Origin: Thermovenabulum sp.
GTDB lineage: Bacteria > Bacillota > Thermosediminibacteria > Thermosediminibacterales > Thermosediminibacteraceae
Length of the DNA: 64,000 bases
Assembly: GCF_049701175.1 (NCBI RefSeq)
Contig: NZ_JBNATW010000009.1
Location: forward strand, 9,904 to 73,903
Reading direction: 5' to 3'
The position numbers and the translations under genes are program-made. Below the pieces are notes generated by a model. That model saw nothing but the letters and a program-made list of their open reading frames with translations, was not told the DNA's origin and did no database searches. Positions 1 through 8,701 of the stretch are shown piece by piece; position 1 is the stretch's first letter, and each line of letters starts with the position of its first letter.

Positions 1-617
1 AATATGCAAAAAAAGCAATAATCTTCGGTACCGGTGGGCAGGCCGAAACCCAACTTTGGGCCTTGCTTTCCGTTCGAGACCTCGAAGAAGTATATGTATA
101 CGACATAGATTTTAACAGGGCAAAAGATTTTGCGCAAAAAATGAGCCAAAATTTTAAAAATTACGGAGCAAAAATAACAGCAGTCGAAAATTCCGATGAG
201 GTGCTGCCCGAAGTAGATATAATTACAACCGTAACCACATCCAAAAAGCCTGTATTCAACGGAAATCTAATAAAAAAAGGAGTTCACATAAACGGCATTG
301 GTGCCTATACCCCTGAAATGCAAGAAATACCTGAAGAAGCTGTTTTGAAAGCAGATAAGATTTTCGTGGACTCAAAGGAAGCATGCCTCGCTGAAGCGGG
401 CGACCTTATAATCCCTCTGAAAAAAGGTACCATAGGTGAAGAAAAAATCACCGGTGAAATTGGAAAAGTATTAACAGGAGAACTTCCCGGCAGAACATCC
501 GAAAACGAAATAACCCTATTTAAGTCCGTGGGATTAGCCGTTCAAGACGTAGTAACTGCAGCCAAAATATACGAAAAGGCTTTAGAATTGGGGCTCGGCA
601 GCAAAATCACCCTTTAG
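1..617 (+). CDS. ornithine cyclodeaminase / mu-crystallin family protein, 3' part (5' end outside window)
   Basis: The frame is open from base 3. Translation starts YAKKAIIFGTGGQAETQLW (Rossmann GxGxQA motif of the OCD family) and runs into the listed 63..617 ORF. Confidence 0.7.
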   Translation, partial: YAKKAIIFGTGGQAETQLWALLSVRDLEEVYVYDIDFNRAKDFAQKMSQNFKNYGAKITAVENSDEVLPEVDIITTVTTSKKPVFNGNLIKKGVHINGIGAYTPEMQEIPEEAVLKADKIFVDSKEACLAEAGDLIIPLKKGTIGEEKITGEIGKVLTGELPGRTSENEITLFKSVGLAVQDVVTAAKIYEKALELGLGSKITL

Positions 618-1032
618 CCTTACATTCGGGGCAAATACCGTATATTATAAAATTGTGCTCCATTGCAGAAAAACCGTACTCTTTTAGCTCTTTTTCGATA
701 AATTCCATAGGGCAGTAGTTTATTGCAACTGAACTCCCGCAATTTTTGCAAACAATATGATGGTGGTGTTCATCCGAAAGTTTTACACTAAATATCATGC
801 TTTTATTTTCGGATAAAACAAAGCATAATATCCCCTTTTTCGCCAGCAGATTTAAATTGCGGTATACGGTTGAAAAATTTATGTCTGGGTATTCCTTTTT
901 TACCCGATCATATATATTTTTTGCCGAAAGCATATTGCCGGACTTTAAGAGGGCATCTATTATTGCCCTTCGCTTCCCTGTAACCTTAAGTCCGGCCTTT
1001 TTTATTAAATCCTCAGATGAAATTAATCCCAT
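607..1032 (-). CDS. zur: Fur-family metalloregulator, probably zinc uptake regulator Zur
   Basis: Fur-type winged helix (FSTVYRNLNLLAKKG), an HHHH run and two CxxC pairs (CKNCG, CPECK). It is the last gene of the znuA-znuC-znuB cluster and overlaps znuB. Confidence 0.7.
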   Translation of the reverse strand: MGLISSEDLIKKAGLKVTGKRRAIIDALLKSGNMLSAKNIYDRVKKEYPDINFSTVYRNLNLLAKKGILCFVLSENKSMIFSVKLSDEHHHHIVCKNCGSSVAINYCPMEFIEKELKEYGFSAMEHNFIIYGICPECKAKG

Positions 1033-1841
1033 CGGCTTTTAACCCCCTTTAAAATGAGAACAGCTGCCAAAATAAAGGATGCAATTAAAACGATAGTCCC
1101 CCCCGGAGCAAGATCATAATAATAAGAGAGGATAATCCCTGAAACCACCGAAAAAAGGGCTACGATATTTGAAACAATAAAAACCATTTTAAAACTTTTT
1201 GAAACCTGAAGACTAACCGCAGTAGGTATGACCATCAATGCCGAGACAAGCAAGGTACCTACTATTCTTACGGATAAAGCCACCGACAAAGCAGTAACAA
1301 GGGAAAGGTATAAATTAACTAAATTTACAGGTATCCCTGCAATTTTTGCTGATTCTTCATCAAAGGTAACCGCAAAAAGTTCTCTATTTAATATAAATAG
1401 TGAAAGTATCACTGCTATCCCCATTAAAGCCATTATTCTTATGTCTTTTTCATTTACTGCGATTAGGCTCCCAAAAAGGTAAGAAAAAAGGTCAGCATTG
1501 AAGGATTTCCCCAAACTTATCATGACAACTGCAAGCCCTATACCGGCCGACATTACAACAGCTAAAGCCACTTCCGAATATTTTCTAAAGGCTTTTCGCA
1601 AAATTTCTATTAAAAAGGAAGCAATGAGAGCAAAAATCACCGCTCCATAGAAAGGATAAAAACCAAAGAGCATACCTGCAGCAACACCTGCTAAGGAAGC
1701 GTGGGAGAGGCTATCCCCTACCATTGACATACGCCTTAAGACCACAAAAACCCCTACCGTTGAAATTAATACTGACGTTAATATGCCCGCTGCTAAAGCC
1801 CTGTTAATAAGGGAAAGGCTTAAAATATCCATTTTATTCAC
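1023..1841 (-). CDS. znuB: metal (zinc) ABC transporter permease
   Basis: Polytopic membrane protein of the ZnuB/MntB ABC-3 type. Overlapping stop/start codons with its neighbours indicate an operon. Confidence 0.8.
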   Translation of the reverse strand: MNKMDILSLSLINRALAAGILTSVLISTVGVFVVLRRMSMVGDSLSHASLAGVAAGMLFGFYPFYGAVIFALIASFLIEILRKAFRKYSEVALAVVMSAGIGLAVVMISLGKSFNADLFSYLFGSLIAVNEKDIRIMALMGIAVILSLFILNRELFAVTFDEESAKIAGIPVNLVNLYLSLVTALSVALSVRIVGTLLVSALMVIPTAVSLQVSKSFKMVFIVSNIVALFSVVSGIILSYYYDLAPGGTIVLIASFILAAVLILKGVKSRWD

Positions 1842-2590
1842 TCCCTATGAATATCACACGCAGGGATTTTATACCCCATTACCTCAGCAATATGACCTTC
1901 GGTAACTTCTCTAACATTATCATGAATATATACCCTTTTTTCTTTAACACAGCCTATTTTTGTAGCTTTTTCATAGGCAAAACCTATATCATGAGTGATA
2001 ACAACCACCGTAATCCCAAAATTTTTATTTAAACCCGTTAAAAGATTATAAAAATCTTCCCGTGAAGGAGCATCCATGGCACTTGTAGGCTCATCAAGAA
2101 AAAGGATTTCTGGTTTTTTCACAAGGGCGCGGGCTAAAAAAACCTTCTGCTTTTCCCCTCCGGACAGCTCCCTTAACATTTTATTGGAAAGTTTCTTAAT
2201 TCCCACCCTTTCAAGAGCTTCCTCCACTGCTTTTTTCCGCTCATCTTTATTAATAAATCCTTTAAAAAAACCTTTATAATAATTGGAATCCACTATCTCC
2301 CATACCGTTGCAGGAAAACCCATGTTAATATCCCCCGTTAATTGGGGGATATAGCCTATCTTTTCCCACTTCTTAAAATCCTTTATATCCTCTCCAAAAA
2401 TCAATACCCTTCCGTTTTTCGGGGTTAAAAGGCCCACCATTATCTTCATAAGTGTGGTTTTTGCAGCACCATTCGGCCCAATTAAAGCCAAGAAATCACC
2501 TTTTTTTACCTTTAAATTTACATTTTCCAATACCGTATTGCCGTTATAAGAAAAATCTACATTAAAAAGCTCCAAAACAGGGATTGACAT
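1838..2590 (-). CDS. znuC: metal (zinc) ABC transporter ATP-binding protein
   Basis: Walker A GPNGAAKT, ABC signature LSGGEKQ, Walker B ILFLDEP. Confidence 0.85.
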   Translation of the reverse strand: MSIPVLELFNVDFSYNGNTVLENVNLKVKKGDFLALIGPNGAAKTTLMKIMVGLLTPKNGRVLIFGEDIKDFKKWEKIGYIPQLTGDINMGFPATVWEIVDSNYYKGFFKGFINKDERKKAVEEALERVGIKKLSNKMLRELSGGEKQKVFLARALVKKPEILFLDEPTSAMDAPSREDFYNLLTGLNKNFGITVVVITHDIGFAYEKATKIGCVKEKRVYIHDNVREVTEGHIAEVMGYKIPACDIHRE

Positions 2591-2607
2591 AAAAATTCCC
2601 CCAAAGT

Positions 2608-3507
2608 TTACTTTAAAGCTTCCTTTAAAACCTCTAAATTTTTCCTCATTAAGCTGAAGTAATCCTCATTGGCCTTTTCTTCCTCATCCGTCAACCCCTC
2701 AATGGGGTTTAAAGTAAGTATTTTTAGGCCCGCTTCTTCTGCTAAAGCTTGGGCTTCCTTAGGAGTTTCCAAACTTTCGGCAAGGATGTATTTTATTCCC
2801 CTTTCCCTGCAAAAGTCTATTAAATTTTTAATATGCTTTAAAGACGGCTCTTCCTGAGGAGAAAGCCCTTTAATTGATACCTGGTTTAACCCGTATTCTT
2901 TTGCCAAATAGCCAAAAGCTGCATGGGATACCACAAAATCCCTTAGCCTTGTAGAAGCTAACTCCTTTTTATACTCATCATCTAATTTTTTAAGTTCCTC
3001 AATTAACCGATCATAATTTTTTTCATAAACGGCTTTGTTCTTTTCATCGACCTTAACCAATAAGTCGTATATCTTTTTTGCCATTTGCATTGATTTTTTC
3101 GGTGAAAGCCATATATGGGGGTCATTTCCTTCTATCAAACCTTCTCCTACCTTCAATACCGCTATTCCTTTTTGGGCTAAATCCCCCCTTAACTTTTCTG
3201 CCCATGGATCCATAGGTTCACCCAAATATATAAAGGCATTGCTCTCATATATTTTTGAAATTTTACTTATAGAGGGCTCAAATTCGTGAGGCTCAACCCC
3301 TGTAGGTGTTATGTTTTCTACAACTATGTAATCCTGCCCTATCTTTTTCGTAAAATCGTATAAAGGGTAAATGGATGTATAAACTACAATCTTATCCTTA
3401 TTGCTCATTTTTTTGCTTTGACAGCCAGCTGTACTTAAAATTAAAATCAGCACAAAAATAATTACCAAAATTTGAGTCAGCCTATTTTTATAAAGCTTGC
3501 CTTTCAT
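2608..3507 (-). CDS. znuA: metal (zinc) ABC transporter substrate-binding lipoprotein
   Basis: ZnuA/TroA-like sequence with a lipobox LSTAGC. I prefer the ATG at 3507, preceded by GGAGGA at 3521-3526. The longer ORF start at 3546 would read through the palindrome at 3531-3545. Confidence 0.75.
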   Translation of the reverse strand: MKGKLYKNRLTQILVIIFVLILILSTAGCQSKKMSNKDKIVVYTSIYPLYDFTKKIGQDYIVVENITPTGVEPHEFEPSISKISKIYESNAFIYLGEPMDPWAEKLRGDLAQKGIAVLKVGEGLIEGNDPHIWLSPKKSMQMAKKIYDLLVKVDEKNKAVYEKNYDRLIEELKKLDDEYKKELASTRLRDFVVSHAAFGYLAKEYGLNQVSIKGLSPQEEPSLKHIKNLIDFCRERGIKYILAESLETPKEAQALAEEAGLKILTLNPIEGLTDEEEKANEDYFSLMRKNLEVLKEALK

Positions 3508-3530
3508 TTTATTTATTTTTTCCTCCTTTT

Positions 3531-3545
3531 TGCAAATGATTTGCA
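3531..3545. promoter_or_regulatory. candidate Zur/Fur-family operator (perfect 7-1-7 palindrome TGCAAATGATTTGCA)
   Basis: Perfect inverted repeat TGCAAAT-G-ATTTGCA directly upstream of znuA. The 7-1-7 layout is the architecture of Fur/Zur/PerR boxes. Confidence 0.45.
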
Positions 3546-3615
3546 TTTACTTTGTATACTAAAATTATATTCTTTATTTTAAAAATGTCAAATTATATGC
3601 TGAATTTTGCTTATC

Positions 3616-3645
3616 TTATTATGAAGGATTTTATTATGAAGGATT
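3616..3645. repeat. perfect 15-bp tandem duplication (TTATTATGAAGGATT x2)
   Basis: Read directly at 3616-3630 and 3631-3645, in the intergenic region between the MBL gene and znuA. Confidence 0.9.
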
Positions 3646-3677
3646 TTGAATCATTTATAAATCAAATAAATAAATTA

Positions 3678-5279
3678 TTAATTTAATAATTTTAGCGTTT
3701 TACTCCTTTCGGGCAATATCACCTTGCAAGTTCCTTCAAACCGCTTAAAGAATTCTTTATCTTGTGTATGAACAGGGATAAGCACCTTGGGCTCTATAGT
3801 TTCCACCATCTCCTCTATGCCGGCACCGTGGATGTGCCCGCTGGCGTGAAAACCAGACCTTTCTCTGTCCCTTCCAAGGGTGCCGTACAATTCAAAACCG
3901 AAATAATCAATCCAATTTTTGATTCGATTGTGGTCGATAAGCATTTCCTCATCGTATGCCTCGCTGGAAGAATAAATATATGTCCCCCCTTGGGGTTCTA
4001 TATCCAAAAAAGCGTGAAAATCGTAATAGGAAAAACACAATATATAGCCTTTGGGTTCTTTTTTTATATCTTCTGCCGATACCATCTTTGAAGGATTAAA
4101 ACGGCAAATTAAAGCTTCCTCCCATTTTTCTTTGCGCGCCTTTGGTTTTATGTATAGCATTATGCGGTCATCTTTATGTGGGTTTGGTACACCCTTTTCT
4201 CCTGCTGCAGTAAGGGCTTCTAAAAGGTATATATCCTTAGCAGTAAGCACCAATTGGCGTCCCGTGCTACCTGCTATATCGAGAAACGAAAGTAGCCGTT
4301 CTACGTTGCGGGGACCAAAATCTGCTACAACAAGGCCTCGAGCTTTTTTTACCACATCAAAGCAGTTTTCCGCAACTTCTTTTTCCGTAACTGGCTTTTG
4401 AGTCCCCGGATGAGTACCTTCACATATAAGGGCAATGGGTTTTAATTTAGAGGCTTCTTCAAAAAACCGCCGGGTGAGTGCAGCGTTTTTGCCGTGAAGC
4501 CTTAAGTCCCCTGTGTACACTATCCATCCTTCGGAAGTTTTGATGCCGAATGCACAAGCTCCGGGAATGGAGTGGTCCACAGGCCACAAACGTATTGTAA
4601 GATCTCTTATTTTAAATTCACTTCCACAGCTTTTTAAAGAACAGCATTCCAACCCCCGCGAGCTTTCTACGTTTTCCCAAAATTCACAGGCACTTTCTGG
4701 AATAGCATCGGTTCCTGCAATATGGTACTTGCGCTGCTTAAAAGGTGATGTTTTATAATGTGCTGTCTGTAAAAGCCCATCCTTTAGTTCCCTTGGAGTT
4801 GTGTAACAAATTTCCTGCAGCCTGTTTCCCCCTCCCGTGTCCTGGAGGGCTTTGCATATAAGAGCGCTGGTAAGTCCCGTTATTATAGGGACTTCTTCGC
4901 TAATATAAGAAAAATGCCCGCAGTGGTCAAAGTGGGCATGTGAAAGGAGCACACCGCTAATTTCTGCTTCCCTGTAAAGTTGATGGGATGAGAATTTATC
5001 CCAAACCCCTGGATATTCTAAATCGGACCTGTAAAACCCCCTTAACGGTGGAAGGATATTTAAGCAAAGAAGGTCGTAAAAGCCGAAAGTGGCCCTTGGT
5101 GCAAGAAATTCATCAAAAAACATGCCCTCCGCTTTAAAGTTAGTGCCGAAATCCAAAAAAAGCGATGTCTCGCCATCTTCCAAAAGTATCTTGTTGCCCC
5201 CTATGCAGTCAGCTCCATCGTAAAAGGTAAGATAAACCGGCAAGGTTTTCACCTGCTTTCGTCTTCCATATTGTATCAA
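3678..5279 (-). CDS. metallo-beta-lactamase fold hydrolase, beta-CASP / RNase J-like
   Basis: HxHxDH motif (SHAHFDHCGH), later conserved D and H motifs (VDHSIPG, GFHASGH). Size (533 aa) and layout resemble beta-CASP nucleases. Confidence 0.55.
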   Translation of the reverse strand: MIQYGRRKQVKTLPVYLTFYDGADCIGGNKILLEDGETSLFLDFGTNFKAEGMFFDEFLAPRATFGFYDLLCLNILPPLRGFYRSDLEYPGVWDKFSSHQLYREAEISGVLLSHAHFDHCGHFSYISEEVPIITGLTSALICKALQDTGGGNRLQEICYTTPRELKDGLLQTAHYKTSPFKQRKYHIAGTDAIPESACEFWENVESSRGLECCSLKSCGSEFKIRDLTIRLWPVDHSIPGACAFGIKTSEGWIVYTGDLRLHGKNAALTRRFFEEASKLKPIALICEGTHPGTQKPVTEKEVAENCFDVVKKARGLVVADFGPRNVERLLSFLDIAGSTGRQLVLTAKDIYLLEALTAAGEKGVPNPHKDDRIMLYIKPKARKEKWEEALICRFNPSKMVSAEDIKKEPKGYILCFSYYDFHAFLDIEPQGGTYIYSSSEAYDEEMLIDHNRIKNWIDYFGFELYGTLGRDRERSGFHASGHIHGAGIEEMVETIEPKVLIPVHTQDKEFFKRFEGTCKVILPERSKTLKLLN

Positions 5280-5357
5280 AAATTTTAAAAAGTTCCTTTC
5301 TCAAAGATTCATTCTAATTTTACCAAAAAATTTTATTTATTTTAACTCTACTTTTAA

Positions 5358-5390
5358 ACAAAAAAGACCGCACGTATAAGCGGTCTTTTT
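5358..5390 (-). terminator. rho-independent terminator downstream of trxA (bidirectional shape)
   Basis: AGACCGC-acgtataa-GCGGTCT hairpin flanked by an A-run and a T-run. Confidence 0.8.
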
Positions 5391-5411
5391 TATTAATCTT
5401 CTATTTGAAAT

Positions 5412-5726
5412 TTATATTCCAAGCTCAGCAACTATATCGTTTTTAGGTCTAAAACCGATAAGCTTTTTAACAGGTTTTCCGTCTTTAAATAATATAAGTG
5501 TCGGGATGCTCATTATACCGTATCTTGCCGGTGTATCCGGGTTTTCATCCACATTCATTTTGCATACCTTTAATGTATCCTCGTATTCGTTAGCTATTTC
5601 GTCTATTACTGGCCCCATCATGCGGCAGGGTCCACACCACGCTGCCCAAAAGTCTACTAAAACAGGCTTATCGGAGTTTAAAACCTCCTCGTTAAAATTT
5701 GCATCGGTAACATTTATAGGTTTCAC
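5412..5726 (-). CDS. trxA: thioredoxin
   Basis: 104 aa with the WCGPC active site and typical TrxA sequence throughout. Confidence 0.9.
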   Translation of the reverse strand: MKPINVTDANFNEEVLNSDKPVLVDFWAAWCGPCRMMGPVIDEIANEYEDTLKVCKMNVDENPDTPARYGIMSIPTLILFKDGKPVKKLIGFRPKNDIVAELGI

Positions 5727-5869
5727 CTTTTATTCCTCCCCACTAATTTTAATTTTCTTAAATTTATTATGTCCTTTCTCTTTTAAAAAGTAAACAAATT
5801 CTTTTTTATTTGACCATCCATTTAATTTATTCTATAATTTTATTAAAGTATTTTTAAATATAAAGGAGA

Positions 5870-6649
5870 ATGGCTATGGAAGGTTCTCTTATACGCCAGC
5901 TTCGCAAAAACCGAAAAATATCTTTAAAAGAGCTTGCTGAAAAAACAGGGCTTTCCGTATCCTACTTAAGCGAAATTGAAACAGGAAAAAAGCAGCCTTC
6001 TTTAGAGGTTATTCAAAAGCTCGCTGATGCTCTGAATGTGTCCAAGGAAGCCTTTTTCCAAAAGGATAATGACGATGTAAGCTTAGAAAAACCCTTATCC
6101 ATAGGTGAAAAATTAAATCTTTTACGCCAAAAGAAGAATCTATCATTAGAAAAGCTCGCCGAATTGGCAGGCATATCTGCATCCTATCTATGTCAAATCG
6201 AAAAGGGTATTGTCCTTCCATCAATTTCTACATTAAACAATTTAGCGAAAGCTTTGGGTGTAGAGCCCCAACAAATTTTTGCAAGCAATGCTAATATAGG
6301 TTTTAAGCTGAAAAAGCTAAGGACTGAAAGAGGTTTAACTCAAGTTGAATTAGCAAAGAAAGCAGGAGTATCACCTGCACTCATAGGGCAGTTAGAGAGC
6401 GGTAAAGTTGAACCTTCTATTAAAACCTTAGAGAAAATAGCCCAAGCCCTTTCCGTAACACCATGCTATTTCGTAACCGATGACGACAGTGTAGAAAATA
6501 TATTCAAAATTATGAACCCATCTCTAAAGCAGCTTTTTTTGGATCCAAAGGTAAAATCGGTTTTAGAAATGATAGCAGACTGCACCCCTGAAGAACTTGC
6601 CTTTATTTTGAAATTTATAGAACTTTATAAGTCTCACAGGAAGTTTTGA
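5870..6649 (+). CDS. XRE-family transcriptional regulator with three tandem Cro/C1 HTH domains
   Basis: Three repeats of the pattern LRxxRxxSLxxLAxxxGxSxSYLSxIExGxxxPSxxxLxxLAxALxV, then a non-HTH C-terminal tail. An RBS (AAGGAG) precedes the ATG. Confidence 0.75.
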   Translation: MAMEGSLIRQLRKNRKISLKELAEKTGLSVSYLSEIETGKKQPSLEVIQKLADALNVSKEAFFQKDNDDVSLEKPLSIGEKLNLLRQKKNLSLEKLAELAGISASYLCQIEKGIVLPSISTLNNLAKALGVEPQQIFASNANIGFKLKKLRTERGLTQVELAKKAGVSPALIGQLESGKVEPSIKTLEKIAQALSVTPCYFVTDDDSVENIFKIMNPSLKQLFLDPKVKSVLEMIADCTPEELAFILKFIELYKSHRKF

Positions 6650-6653
6650 ACTC

Positions 6654-6938
6654 TTAATTTATAGGCGCTACTGCAAGACCTTTAAACAAGCTAAAGCCAG
6701 AAAGATAAATCTTTAAACCTCTTCTCATATCTATAAATGGGCTTACAAATACCTTTACCCCATCTACTTCATATACATCGTAGTTGGATGCATCTTGTGG
6801 AGTGCCTGCATACACGGCAGGTATATATCTGCACCCTGCTCATCCTCCACCGTATTTCTCCAACTTTACAGTTATTTCTGTGAGCCCTTTCTCCTCTAAA
6901 TATTTTTTTGCTTTTTCTTCTATAATAACATTTGCCAT
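6654..6938 (-). CDS. candidate small selenoprotein (HesB/IscA-related style, UxxC motif); in-frame TGA at 6840-6842
   Basis: ATG 6938 sits 6 nt after GGAGGTG. Translation is MANVIIEEKAKKYLEEKGLTEITVKLEKYGGG-TGA-AGCRYIPAVYAGTPQDASNYDVYEVDGVKVFVSPFIDMRRGLKIYLSGFSLFKGLAVAPIN-stop. The frame stays open for 61 codons after the TGA. A consensus promoter lies upstream and a hairpin just downstream of the TGA. Confidence 0.5.
6807..6833 (-). other. hairpin 7-33 nt downstream of the in-frame UGA (possible bacterial SECIS element)
   Basis: UGC[AGAU]AUAUAC-CUGCC-GUGUAUGCA: 9 pairs including G-U wobbles, with a 4-nt bulge. An alternative hairpin, CCUGC-CGUGUAU-GCAGG, overlaps it. Confidence 0.3.
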
Positions 6939-6964
6939 AATTTTCACCTCCTAATTTTATTTTA

Positions 6965-6993
6965 ATTATACTATTAAAAATTTTCGCTGTCAA
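6965..6993 (-). promoter_or_regulatory. consensus sigma-A type promoter for the TGA-containing small gene
   Basis: On the minus strand: TTGACA, 17-nt spacer, TATAAT. It lies about 25 nt upstream of the RBS. Confidence 0.55.
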
Positions 6994-6994
6994 T

Positions 6995-7036
6995 ATAAAA
7001 ATAAAATAGGGGCTATATTTCAAAATCCCCTATTTT
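6995..7036 (-). terminator. rho-independent terminator of the mannitol operon
   Basis: AAAATAGGGG...CCCCTATTTT hairpin followed on the minus strand by a T-rich run, just after the mtlD stop. Confidence 0.75.
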
Positions 7037-7051
7037 ATTTTTTCCGCGGAA

Positions 7052-8206
7052 TTACTTTTTTATATTCAATAGATAATTGTAATTTTCCAAAATCAAATTA
7101 ATTAAATCCCCATCATCCCTTGATAGGCCCAAAACATAATAAATTACATATTCCAAACCGTTTTTTTCTATCATTTGCTTTAATTTTAAGGCTTCGCTGT
7201 CACTTTCGCAGTCAAAAAGTAAGGCAGCAGCAATGCCTTTGGCCAAGTTTTCAGGTTTCAGTCCAAGGTCTATTGCCTCTTTTGCCGGATATACAAGCCT
7301 TTCATTGTGGGAAAGCTTCCTTATGGGCTCCCTTCCCACCCGTTCTACACTGTCATCAATTGCTGGATTATTAAATCTTTCTAAGGTCTTTTTAATATAT
7401 TCTTCCAATCCCGTAAGACCGTATTTTTTCGAAAGGTAATAGGCAGATTCGTTCATGGCTCCTACTACGGTATTGTAAATTTCTCCATCCTTTAGTGACT
7501 CTCTTATGGTCTTATATCCTTTCAAGAACCCCAGATATGCGCATACAGCATGACCGGTATTTAATATGAATATTTTCCTCTCGATGTATGGTTCCAAATC
7601 ATCCACCAAGGTCATCCCTGTAACTTCAGGGACATCACCTTTAAACCCCGGCCTTTCCACAATCCATTCAAAGTAGGGTTCAACAATTACCTTGGAGTAA
7701 TCTCTTCCCTGAGGCGGTACAATCCTATCTACTGCAGCATCAGGAAATCCTGCCACATTATTTACTTTCTCTCTATCTTTTTTATCCAAATCTTTCAAAA
7801 TATATTCTTTTAAATGAGATGAAGCCCTTATTAAATTTTCGCAGGCAATTACATTTATGGGTATATCTTTTCTCTCTGCCCTTTTTAATATACCCTTCCC
7901 TATTATTTCAGAAATTTTCTCTAAAACCTTTGGGCCTACGGAGGTTGTAATTATATCGGCCTTTACTATTTTTTCAACTATTTTTTCTTCATCGTAAAAA
8001 TTTATAGCCTCCAGGCCTTCCACTAAAACTTCCTTTTGTTTCTCTCCCTGCTTTTCAACAACAAAATACCTTTTATTGCTGTTTAAATAATCAATGAGCC
8101 CTTGGTCAATATCCACAAAATTAACCTTAAAACCCGATTTCGAAAGCAAAAGTCCTATGAAACCCCTGCCTATGTTTCCTGCTCCAAAATGAACCGCTTC
8201 CCTCAT
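7052..8206 (-). CDS. mtlD: mannitol-1-phosphate 5-dehydrogenase
   Basis: N-terminal HFGAGNIGRGFIG dinucleotide fold; MtlD-like throughout; sits within the mtl operon. Confidence 0.9.
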   Translation of the reverse strand: MREAVHFGAGNIGRGFIGLLLSKSGFKVNFVDIDQGLIDYLNSNKRYFVVEKQGEKQKEVLVEGLEAINFYDEEKIVEKIVKADIITTSVGPKVLEKISEIIGKGILKRAERKDIPINVIACENLIRASSHLKEYILKDLDKKDREKVNNVAGFPDAAVDRIVPPQGRDYSKVIVEPYFEWIVERPGFKGDVPEVTGMTLVDDLEPYIERKIFILNTGHAVCAYLGFLKGYKTIRESLKDGEIYNTVVGAMNESAYYLSKKYGLTGLEEYIKKTLERFNNPAIDDSVERVGREPIRKLSHNERLVYPAKEAIDLGLKPENLAKGIAAALLFDCESDSEALKLKQMIEKNGLEYVIYYVLGLSRDDGDLINLILENYNYLLNIKK

Positions 8207-8207
8207 C

Positions 8208-8684
8208 CTAAATCCTCCCGTTTAGAAATTCGTAAATCCCTTTTTTCGAAGCATTATTTATCAATTTTTTTACCCTATCCTTATCATCAAAAAGGGTTGC
8301 TATGTTGGCTAATATATTTAAATGTTCATCTCCTAAGGCTGCTATTCCTATAACAAGATGAGCAGTATTATTGTCTCCAAAATCTACACCATCGGGTATG
8401 TGCACCACAGAAATGCCGGTTTTTTTAATATATTTTCTTGATTCCCCAACACCGTGGGGAATAGCTATAAAATTGCCTATATAGGTGGAAATCTGTTTTT
8501 CCCTTTCAAACATGGCGTCTATATATTCGGGCTCAACATATCCTTCCTTTACTAAAATTTCACCTGCTAACCTTATAGCTTCAAATTTATCCTTAACCTT
8601 TGCGCCTACTAATATCATGCTTTCTTTTATAATTTCACCATTTTTATTCTGTGAATTGTTTTTCTTTAAAAAACCAAATACCAT
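8208..8684 (-). CDS. mtlF: PTS mannitol-specific EIIA component
   Basis: EIIA(Mtl/Fru) family sequence (GNFIAIPHG, TAHLVIGIAA); operon context. Confidence 0.85.
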   Translation of the reverse strand: MVFGFLKKNNSQNKNGEIIKESMILVGAKVKDKFEAIRLAGEILVKEGYVEPEYIDAMFEREKQISTYIGNFIAIPHGVGESRKYIKKTGISVVHIPDGVDFGDNNTAHLVIGIAALGDEHLNILANIATLFDDKDRVKKLINNASKKGIYEFLNGRI

Positions 8685-8701
8685 TTTTATTTTCTTACCT
8701 C

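Noticed and set aside
3616-3683. 15-bp tandem duplication and the 21-codon plus-strand mini-ORF (MKDFIMKDFESFINQINKLLI) that it creates.
   Set aside because: The repeat is real and is listed as a feature. There is no RBS or promoter, and the ORF is probably a by-product of a slippage duplication in AT-rich spacer DNA. No functional claim is made.
6769-7023. 84-aa minus-strand ORF from the six-frame track (MKYSPYFIFILTAK...).
   Set aside because: It is Cys/Arg-rich and low-complexity. It has no RBS and it spans a terminator hairpin and a promoter. The same DNA is better explained by the promoter/RBS-equipped 94-codon frame containing one TGA (6654..6938).
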